This document shows positions 55,137-64,000 of a stretch of DNA of 64,000 nucleotides, in pieces. The position numbers and the translations under genes were made by a program. The number at the start of each line of letters is the position of its first letter. Within the stretch, counting starts at the first letter, position 1. The notes below the pieces were generated by a model. It worked only from the letters and a program-made list of their open reading frames with translations. It ran no database searches and was not told the DNA's origin. The DNA is taken from the NCBI GenBank assembly GCA_024346625.1, contig AP024665.1, positions 1,798,001 through 1,862,000 of the forward strand. The letters run 5' to 3'. The DNA is from Williopsis jadinii. Taxonomy: Eukaryota.

Positions 55137-56679
55137 GTTACAGCCACTCTGAGAGTCTTATTGTGTGTTTAAATGGGACTGATACCTCGTTTGTTGTTGC
55201 CTTTGGTTGTTGTTTCTTTGGCGGCTGAGGAAGGATGAAAACATCAACAGTTTGGACACCGTCGTCAAGTTGGTGTGCGGGTGTATGATTACATAAGACA
55301 CGCGCGTTGGATTTCTTTTTCTTTTTGGGTGGAAGAGAGGGAGCTTTTTGTTGTTACTGTGGCAACAGTGTAACATCAACAAGCAGGCGTATTCCTATGG
55401 GAGAGCTGTTTCATTGAAGAGGTGTGTGTATCCCACTGTGACAGAGAGCACTTTGGAGACATTTGCAGGAACAGCTGCTATAACTCCACGGGGTTGTTAG
55501 TTTACTACGCTGTTCAATTGGTGCTTTGGCCGAATAGTAGTTTCAGGCATCGTCCTTGCTGCAAGGACGACTGATGTCATAAGCAGGGAGGATGGCAAAT
55601 TGAACACACACAGACCCATCACTGTCCAAGCCTCGGGGCTAAGGTCCTGGGTCCGTTCTTCCTGAAAAATATAACGTGTCCAATACTGACTGCTTAACTG
55701 AGCCGTATCTGTTTCTGTTTCCCTGTTCACGTCTAACACCTCAGGAAACGATCATCCTCAGCACTCCCACATATCATGTTTCCTTCCAGGATTCTGAACG
55801 AACGATCAGCGGTCAATGGCTTGAGCACTCCAAAGAGGCAACCCCCTGTCTCTCTCGCCAACAGGTCTTCTTGTTGGTTGTTCACCTCATAATCTTCCTC
55901 ACTAAGTGATTATGTTTTTGGTAAGGGCACATCAGTACTGGTCAGTCACTGTTGCTCCGGTTACATCTTTGAAATCTCCGCGTCGGCCTTATAATAATGT
56001 AAACAAAGTGATTAACCATTAACGACTCTTTGGTGACAGGTTTGGCATTCAAACAGCCATCCGCCGTTCTGGATCCGTAGTTTTGAGTCTAATGTCTACT
56101 GTCCATGAAACGCTATGTTGAAGGAGGCTGCCTCGGCTAAGCGATGCCTTGATTTCTCCAATCATCGCTGTACTATGCCCAAAGAGTGTAAACAAAGTGA
56201 TAACTTCTGGTATATTGGCACACGATCTGATGCTCTGTCCTAGGAAATGGCAAGATTTCCTGTCTTTTCAGTTGCCAGGTCTCGATAGCAGCATCTTACA
56301 ACGAACTGACTCGACTTTTGTCTCTACTGCACTCGTTGAGCAATTTCTTGGAGAACTCATCATGAGCAAGCAATACTGGATGCTCCACAGGACCCTGGAG
56401 AGATACACACTTCTTGTTGCTACGTCCAGAGAATTCATTCACGTCGTATAGTGAGTGACTTGAAAGAAACTGTCTTGATTAGGATCACAAATATCGGACC
56501 CTTTCAACGCTGACAATAGTGTCTGTTGCCATGGAATGAAGACTGGCTTCAAGGGTCTCCACGGGTCACCGTTGTACAGCGTTTCGTGTTATACTTGAAG
56601 ACTAACCAGAGCTCAGATATAGTTAACTACATGGGCCTATACTCAAAACAACACTAGTCAATTACGCTATACAAAGATT

Positions 56680-58455
56680 CTACTTGGCTTCCTCCTTCTC
56701 GCTCTTACCTGGGATGACGGAGTCATCTGGCTTCAAAGTTGGGAAGAGCAAAACTTCTCTAATATTATTGGAATCTGTGAGGAACATGGCCAATCTATCA
56801 ATACCACAACCCCAACCACCGGTTGGTGGAAGACCGTATTCCAAGGCGTTACAGAAGGTCTCGTCAACCAATTGAACCTCGTCATCACCTTGGTCCTTTT
56901 GTCTGGCTTGCTCTTCGAATCTTGCTCTTTGGTCGAATGGGTCGTTCAACTCGGTGTAAGCATTACAGATCTCCTTGGTAGCAACAAACACCTCGAAACG
57001 TTCACACAAACCTGGGATATCTCTGTGGTATTTAGCCAATGGGGACATCATCTGTGGGTGACCAAAGATGAAAGTTGGGTTGATACAGGAATCCTCCAAC
57101 TCACCAACAAGCTTGTCGAGCATTCTAGCGTTGGTCAAAGGTGGTGGACAGTCCAACTTGTTCTTGATCAAGATTTGTTTCAAGAACTCACCAGTTTCAG
57201 CAGTGTGCAATTGGTCACCTGCTGGGAACTTGACGTCGTACACCTTCTCAAGCTCTTCAATCATGTTGATTCTCTTCCATGGTCTAGAGAAGTCCAAAGT
57301 GAGTTCCTCACCGTCTGGACCATCTGGGTGATACTTGATCTTATAATCACCAGTGATAGACTTGACCATCTCAGAGAACAAAAGCTCGGTCATGTCCATC
57401 AAATCGTAGACATCGGCATAGGCCTGGTAAAACTCACAGGTGGTGAACTCTGGGTTGTGGGTCAAGTCAATACCTTCGTTTCTGAATTGACGACCAATCT
57501 CATAGACACGGTCCATACCACCAACAACACACTCCTTCAAGAACAACTCTGGAGCAATACGCATGTACATGTCCAAGTCCAATTCGTTGTGATGGGTGAT
57601 GAATGGCTTAGCAGTGGCACCACCGGCAATGACGTTCATCATTGGTGTCTCAACTTCGATGAACTCCCTGGTGTCCAGGAACTTTCTGATGTAAGAGATG
57701 ATCTTGGATCTTGTGATGAACTTGTTTCTAACGTTGTTGTTGACGATCAAATCCAAGTATCTCTTTCTGTATCTTTGCTCCTGGTCCTTGAAACCGTAAT
57801 GGTCGGTTGGCAACATGTGCAAACATGGTGTCAAGAGTTGAACCTTTGTTGCAAAGATGGACAACTCACCTTCACCACCCTTCTTTGGCTCAGTTCTACC
57901 TGGGTAACCGGTAACACCGATGATATCACCTCTCTTGAGCAATTCGTGTGCAGTCTCATAGTCCTGTTCCTTGGAATCTTGAGCTTGTGCCATGATTTGA
58001 ACCTGGACACCATCCGATCTCAAGACGTAGAACTTCAACTTTGAGCCGGACTCTCTCTTGGCAATGACCCTACCTGCAACTGACAGCTCAATCTCCGGCT
58101 TGGTCTCACCACGTTTCAAGTCCTTGAACTCCTCCAGGAACTGTCTGATGGACTTGGTCACGTTGAACTTGTGAGGATAAGGGTTTGGGGACTTTGTATG
58201 TCTCAACTCATCGATCTGTCTCGATCTGATCTCGAAGAACTGGTTTGGAGTCAAGTCCTGCAACACATCCTTCTTCTTTGATGGCTTGTCGCCACTAGCA
58301 GCCTTCTTGGCTGCTGCTTCTTTGGCCTTTGCGGCCTTCTTAGCATCGTTCTCACGCTTCTTCTGTCTCTTCTTCAATTCAGACTTGGAAACCTGTTCAC
58401 CGGTAACCTCGTCGAGGTAGAGCTTCTGCACCTGTTCGGCCAATTGATCTGACAT
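56680..58455 (-). CDS. KRS1: Cytosolic lysyl-tRNA synthetase
   Basis: [47 protein letters not shown]. Confidence 0.98.
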   Translation of the reverse strand: MSDQLAEQVQKLYLDEVTGEQVSKSELKKRQKKRENDAKKAAKAKEAAAKKAASGDKPSKKKDVLQDLTPNQFFEIRSRQIDELRHTKSPNPYPHKFNVTKSIRQFLEEFKDLKRGETKPEIELSVAGRVIAKRESGSKLKFYVLRSDGVQVQIMAQAQDSKEQDYETAHELLKRGDIIGVTGYPGRTEPKKGGEGELSIFATKVQLLTPCLHMLPTDHYGFKDQEQRYRKRYLDLIVNNNVRNKFITRSKIISYIRKFLDTREFIEVETPMMNVIAGGATAKPFITHHNELDLDMYMRIAPELFLKECVVGGMDRVYEIGRQFRNEGIDLTHNPEFTTCEFYQAYADVYDLMDMTELLFSEMVKSITGDYKIKYHPDGPDGEELTLDFSRPWKRINMIEELEKVYDVKFPAGDQLHTAETGEFLKQILIKNKLDCPPPLTNARMLDKLVGELEDSCINPTFIFGHPQMMSPLAKYHRDIPGLCERFEVFVATKEICNAYTELNDPFDQRARFEEQARQKDQGDDEVQLVDETFCNALEYGLPPTGGWGCGIDRLAMFLTDSNNIREVLLFPTLKPDDSVIPGKSEKEEAK

Positions 58456-58790
58456 CTTTCACGAACTTTACAATCCACTTTGACTGGAATGGGAACAAGT
58501 GGGACGGAGCACAAGATGTCGACAACCTGTGAGAATTTTTTTTTTGCTGCGTGCACTAGGTCTCCTCGTCATACAAAAGGGATATTTAGGTGGGATTACG
58601 TAATCTGACGATGTAACACTGGCGAATGAAATGGCATCGCCAGCTAGCCAATTGGGCCTTATAATGGAGAGGAGATGCTATAGTTAGCGATTGAAGAGCA
58701 GCAGGATCATTGGTTGTGGGGATTTGATTGATGTGGGCAGGGGAAGCAGGCGTTGTTCCCAGGAGATGATTGGGATGGCAAAAAAAATAA

Positions 58791-58872
58791 TGGATCCTAT
58801 GAGATTCGAACTCATGCATCTTACGATACTCGATCTTGAGTCGAGCGCCTTAAACCGCTCGGCCAAAGATCC
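58791..58872 (-). tRNA. tRNA-Leu (anticodon CAA), intronless
   Basis: GGATCTT TGGCCGAGCGGTTTAAGGCG CTCGA-CT-CAA-GA-TCGAG, long variable arm, GTTCGAATC T-loop, AGGATCC-A; T-run terminator follows. Confidence 0.95.
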
Positions 58873-59072
58873 ATTTTCTTGTTTTTGAATGTTTATCGCT
58901 GAAGGCACAGAGCACATCCGAGGGACACATCATGTGACACCTCGGAACTTACCCTTTTGGGCAGACCCACTTCCCAAAGCTTTGCTCGCAGGCGAAGAAG
59001 GAAAAAAATTTCATCTAACGTCCAAGAGTTGTAACAGAGGGCTTGAAGCAGGCCGCTAACGGGATAAGAAGG

Positions 59073-60001
59073 ATGAGCAAATCAAAGGCACAGTACACGG
59101 AGCCAACCACCACGGTTGTGCAAATCGAAACAAGCGTAAGTGAATTGCAGCGTATTGGGTATGACGTTTGAGGCTGAAGGAGCGATTTACTAACACACCT
59201 GGAAAGACTGCACTCAAGATCATCAAGCACGCGTCTGAAAGATTCCCACGTTCTGCCAGTGGACCGCTGTTAGGGTTCGACGTCCATGAGGATGTTTTGA
59301 AAGTCACGCAGTCGCACCGTTTCCCGTACTCTTCAGACGACGAATCACCATATAGACACAAGGAGAACGGCAGATACCAAGAGGAGCTTTTGGAGCAGTT
59401 GAAAGTGACTGACGGGACCATACAGCTCTTGGGATGGTACCAATCCTCTGTGAGTGGTAAGGCCTTCTCAGAGAGCCTTGTTGACTCCATGGCTTATGGC
59501 CAATTGAGACAGAGTGCCAACTCTGTGGTGATCACTGTGGATCCAAGTAAAGCACAGTATGGCGTTTTGTCCCTCAGAGCCTTCAGATTGACGAAACCGT
59601 TCCTCGAGACCTTCATCGCCAACGACTACTCCGTGGAGCAGCTGAACAAGGTTGAGCTGTCGTTCGACAAAGTGTTTGAAGAGTTGCCTGTTCAATTGCA
59701 CAACAACTACCTGACTTCGCTGTTGTTGGCCGCTAACGATGAGGACTTCTACCACAGCACACAGGCCTTGGAGGCCTCGTCCCTCAAATCAAAGGCCCTC
59801 GGGACAAACGTTGAGACCTTGATTGACTCCGTTGATGACTTGAACCATCTCTATAACCAATTGAACAGAAAGAAGAGCACTAACCAGGAGGTTAGCCTGC
59901 GTGAATGGCTACCACTCTGTGAAAAGATCAACTTCACTGCAAAGGACGTTGAACAGCAAGTTGTTTCCGACTTCCTCACCGACAGTGTAATCAGACAATG
60001 A
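59073..60001 (+). CDS. Translation initiation factor eIF3 subunit h (MPN domain), two exons: 59073-59135 and 59207-60001
   Basis: VVQIETS|TALKIIKH, GPLLGFD, VTQSHRFP, LGWYQS, DPSKAQYGVLSLRAFRLT, FEELPV; intron 59136-59206 (GTAAGT...TACTAAC...AAG). Confidence 0.85.
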
Positions 60002-60214
60002 AGAGCTACTCTTTACAATCAGATAATAACAAGCAATATCACCAGAGCGAGCCATACAACGCCATAGGAAAGATATATGTAGAATTGCGCTGTATATATA
60101 CGTCTAGCCTGGAAAACATCCAAACACCACAGTACTTAATATGAAAAGCCGAGGGTCCTCGGTCGCTTCTATTCACTCCTTCTCTTCCCCTTCATCAACA
60201 GGCAATTTCGAAGG

Positions 60215-61136
60215 ATGGGAAGGCCTAGGGTGAGTATCGGCTTGTTGTGTGTGTGTGCTTGTATTTCCGAGTCCTTGTTTAGACTAACGAGCGTGTTGAC
60301 AGCTGATTATTCTCGTTAGGCATGGAGAGAGCGAAGGTAACTGTGACAAGTCAGTTAACCGACACATACCTAATCATAAGATTGCGCTTACTCCTAGGGG
60401 ACACGCGCAGGCTAAGCAGGCTGGGCTGGAGCTGAGATCTGTGCTGAAGGAGGATGACTCTGTGCTGTTCTATACGTCGCCGTATCTGCGTACAAGACAA
60501 ACCCTTGATGGTCTGATTAGCGGGCTGGAGGGATGTGACGTTGACTATAAGGTGCATGAGGAGCCACGGATGAGGGAGCAAGATTTCGGCAATTTCCAGG
60601 CCAGCAGTGATGAGATGGAGAAGATATGGACGGAGCGGGCCCACTATGGGCATTTCTTCTATCGGATTCCGTTTGGAGAGAGTGCTGCAGACGTCTACGA
60701 CAGATGCGCAGGGTTCAACGAGACTCTCTTCAGGCAATTCCAAAGCGACAAGTTCCCCAGCGTGTTGGTTCTCGTGACACACGGGATCTGGGCGAGGGTG
60801 TTCCTTATGAAGTGGTACAGGTGGACCTATGAGGAGTTTGAGTCGTTGAAGAACGTGCCGCATTGCCAGCTGATCACCATGGAACGACCTCCTGACACGC
60901 ACAAGTTCACGCTGAAGACCACTTTGCACAAGTGGGAGGAGGACGACGATGACTGCGCGTACCTGGAGGAGTCCAAGACCGACGTCACCAAGAACTCCAA
61001 CAGTTACACCGATATGTCTGCGCTGAACCAGTACGATGACGGACGGTGTGTTTCCAGGGATGATGAGATCAGAAGGGAGAAGGAGAGGAAGCTGAGGGAG
61101 ATGTTTGATAAGGCTAGAGGCGAGTACAAGACGTGA
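60215..61136 (+). CDS. DET1: Broad-range acid phosphatase (phosphoglycerate mutase family), two exons: 60215-60229 and 60303-61136
   Basis: MGRPR|LIILVRHGESEGN, YTSPYLRTRQT, REQDFGNFQ, LVTHGIWARV; intron 60230-60302 (GTGAGT...GACTAAC...CAG); next to TPI1 as in S. cerevisiae. Confidence 0.93.
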
Positions 61137-61469
61137 TGAGCAGGGAACACACGTATGGCCGGTTGCGGTGTGGTAGGCGTGACGGTGGTTATAACTCTTG
61201 TATGAATCGTTATATTATAATGTAATATAATATGGTATGACGTAATATAACATTATATAACATTATATAACATTATATTAAATGCGTGGTGTGGTGCTCA
61301 CCGAAAACGTCTGATGGTGGCCTTTTGGACGAGCTTTTATACCCGGAGCAAAGTTTCAGGGGCCTCTTCTCTCTTCTCTTCTTTCCTTTGTTCCTCCTCA
61401 TCATCATCAAAGCATCAATTCATCAATTGATCACAGTTTAAAGAGAACATCTAATAGAAAACAGAAACA

Positions 61470-62216
61470 ATGGCCCGTAAGTTCTTTGTCGGTGGTAACT
61501 TCAAGTTGAACGGTTCCAAATCAAGCATCAAGGAGATTGTTGAGAGACTCAACACTGCTCGTCTTGATCCAAACACCCAGGTTGTCATTGCACCACCTTC
61601 CACTTACTTGGACTACACCGTGGAGTTGGTGAAGACTCCTCAGGTTGAGGTGTGTGCGCAGAACGCCTACACCAAGGGCTCTGGTGCCTTCACTGGTGAG
61701 ATCTCCGTCGAGCAAATCAAGGATGTTGGTGCCACCTGGGTGCTTTTGGGTCACTCTGAGAGAAGAACCTTGTTCCACGAGTCCGATGAGTTTGTTGCTG
61801 AGAAGGTCAAGTACGCCCTTGAGTCTGGCTTGAACGTCATCCTTGCCATTGGTGAGACTTTGGAGGAGAGAAAGGGTGGTATCACTGATGAGGTGAACCA
61901 ACGTCAATTGGCTGCTGTGATCAAGCTCGTTAAGGACTGGTCAAAGATTGTCATTGCCTACGAGCCGGTCTGGGCCATCGGTACTGGTTTGGCTGCCACT
62001 CCTGAGGATGCCCAGGAGACCCACAAGAACATCAGAGCCTACCTCAAGCAAGAGTTGGGTGAAGAGGTTGCAGAGGCCACCAGAATCTTGTACGGTGGTT
62101 CAGCCAACGGTAAGAACGCCCCAACTTTCAAGGACAAGGCTGACGTTGATGGATTCCTCGTTGGTGGTGCTTCCTTGAAGCCAGAGTTTGTCGATATCAT
62201 CAACTCTAGAGAGTAA
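61470..62216 (+). CDS. TPI1: Triosephosphate isomerase
   Basis: [40 protein letters not shown]. Confidence 0.99.
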   Translation: MARKFFVGGNFKLNGSKSSIKEIVERLNTARLDPNTQVVIAPPSTYLDYTVELVKTPQVEVCAQNAYTKGSGAFTGEISVEQIKDVGATWVLLGHSERRTLFHESDEFVAEKVKYALESGLNVILAIGETLEERKGGITDEVNQRQLAAVIKLVKDWSKIVIAYEPVWAIGTGLAATPEDAQETHKNIRAYLKQELGEEVAEATRILYGGSANGKNAPTFKDKADVDGFLVGGASLKPEFVDIINSRE

Positions 62217-62322
62217 TTATAAGTACTTTTCTGCCTTTGATAATGAAAATAAAAGAAATGCCTGAATTGAATGGAAATTAAACCTGTAGGGAGCCTATTT
62301 AAGCGTCGAGATAGATCATATG

Positions 62323-63300
62323 CTATATACCTGGATTTGAAAGCATTAGTGGCGTCATTGGTACCTCGTCGTTGTTTCCAACTGGATATAGTAAAGGACT
62401 CGAACTGCCATTGGTCAATGTCGCTGTGGTGGTTGTGGTTGTGTTTGAGCTGTTCTGACGATTGAGACCTGGAGGGAACCCATGCTGACGTTGTAGTGAC
62501 GCTGGTAGCTGTTGCTGTGATAGTATAAACCCGGAAGGCGACGATGTTACTGATGTTGGTCCAAAATGCGGCGTCTCGGGTATCTGTATGGTAATCTGTT
62601 GCTGTTGTGCCTGTTGTACTTGTTGCTGAGATGCTCTTCTATACATCTGTGGATGTCTCTGCTGATGGAAACTGGCCCTCGCATGCGATGAGAACGACGT
62701 TGTTCTTGAGCCTGGCCTAGAGCTGCCACCAGCCGTAGTTCTCTTCTTCAACTCAGGCGAACAAGTGGAGGAGCTGTTGTTGTCCATATACTGCTGCTGG
62801 TACTGTTGATCTCTGCCGAGCGAGAGCAACGATATGGTCGACAGGCTCGGCAGCAGCCTGTTGCTATCCATGGACGTGGCCATCAACGTTGGCGACTCCG
62901 TGCTGCTGATGTTGTATATATCATCGTCCAATATGGCATTCTCGTCTTGGGAGTTGTTGATGTAGAACGACCTCTGTGAACTTATCGAAGAGCAGGTAGA
63001 GGCACACGACGCACGTCTTGAGCCACCGTCAGCACCAACAGCGGTGCTGTTGGTGCCTCTAATACCACCGTTTGCACCGCTAGTCACTGGCAAGCTCATC
63101 TGACAGGTGTTGGTCGTAACTATAGGGGTTGCTGGTGGCCCTGCCTTCTGAGTAGTCAAAGAGTTTGTCAGCTGTTGAAACTCCTTTTTGCTCATAGTCT
63201 TCTTCTTCAACGGTGAAGCGAACATCCAATCCTGACACTCTCTTTTCGAACGCTTAATCTGTGTGTTTGTTGGAGTGTTAAAAGTGGTTTGAGAGAGCAA
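62323..63300 (-). CDS. Uncharacterised Ser/Gln-rich low-complexity protein (start uncertain)
   Basis: ~325-codon open frame with a TTG start in the track; many S/T-P sites; first in-frame ATG is MFASPLKKK. Confidence 0.6.
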   Translation of the reverse strand: MLSQTTFNTPTNTQIKRSKRECQDWMFASPLKKKTMSKKEFQQLTNSLTTQKAGPPATPIVTTNTCQMSLPVTSGANGGIRGTNSTAVGADGGSRRASCASTCSSISSQRSFYINNSQDENAILDDDIYNISSTESPTLMATSMDSNRLLPSLSTISLLSLGRDQQYQQQYMDNNSSSTCSPELKKRTTAGGSSRPGSRTTSFSSHARASFHQQRHPQMYRRASQQQVQQAQQQQITIQIPETPHFGPTSVTSSPSGFILSQQQLPASLQRQHGFPPGLNRQNSSNTTTTTTATLTNGSSSPLLYPVGNNDEVPMTPLMLSNPGI

Positions 63301-64000
63301 TTGTAGGTGAAAAAAAAATTAGTATGGAGGAAAAAATTTCGGCATGACGCTTTGATACGAGATGTCCCAAAGGGGTTAACTTTGTCGTTTTGTGAAGCTT
63401 CTGACATTTGCGAACTTGCATTGCCCAGTTCGGCAATGTATTTGCGCAAATAGGCTGCTTGCGCCGAATATCAGACTCACCGCCTATTGCAAACTATCAA
63501 AAGTTCCTATTGGTTGGGAAGAGTTGGGGAAGTTCAATGTACACAGCTTGTAGAATCAGCTGTGTGAGCCTCTCCGTGGACGTAGAGTCTCCCAGCGTGG
63601 TTCAATCTCTAGGAGTCGCCGTAGTGGCGCAAGCCATTACGGTGCCACTGATCGTGGCTGATAGTGGACAGGACATATGTAGCGTATTGGAATTGTGGAC
63701 AAAGAGTTGGCTATGCTATTCTTTCTAGAGACAGAGGTGCGGGAGCCTACTCTGCTCCAGCCCCTAGGGTCCCGTTGGAAAAGCTATTGGACATAGGGAA
63801 CAGGTTGGGTCGCACATTCCACAGCGTCTCACATGATTCCAAGTTTCAACATCGGCAGTATGCGGCTAAATACCAAATAGCCGTTAAAGTGGTACAAGTA
63901 TCAAGTTGGTTCGTATAACTCCCCTACATGTGTAATGAGCCCCTACAATGGTGTGCTTACTACGCCGTCGATCTTCCCGTAATATCCCTAAAACTATCAT

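Noticed and set aside
55400..56620. Possible snoRNA cluster, snRNA or telomerase RNA
   Set aside because: No clear C/D box pairs, U-snRNA signatures or template sequence recognisable by eye
56872..58044. 390-aa plus-strand ORF
   Set aside because: Lies wholly antisense to KRS1; a typical shadow ORF from biased codon usage with no motifs

Overview
Gene-dense budding-yeast (Saccharomycotina) chromosomal DNA with few, short introns (GTRWGW...ACTAAC...AG). A Phaffomycetaceae/Cyberlindnera-like species is my guess from style and gene content, not an identification. Most of the window is housekeeping genes in yeast-like synteny: MRPS16-RRP12, AEP2-GPI12, MPM1, MUP1-like, ISA2, ULP2, FUN26, HRI1, RHB1, SPP1, MSI1, TRS33, PSY2-NNR1, SHS1, SPS19, GCS1, KRS1, tRNA-Leu(CAA), eIF3h and DET1-TPI1. 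The exception is an ~18 kb accessory island (~7.4-25.7 kb). It holds a 7-gene putative catabolic cluster: Zn2Cys6 regulator, PUT4-like permease, membrane-anchored DUF3445 heme N-demethylase-like protein, ARO8-like aminotransferase, ECM3/auxin-efflux-type transporter, aldo-keto reductase and a divergent NADPH-P450 reductase, with no P450 in the window. The cluster is bracketed by two related, directly oriented, degenerate Helitron remnants: Rep motifs on the left, Pif1-helicase C-terminal motifs on the right. All calls are by eye from motifs; no searches were run.
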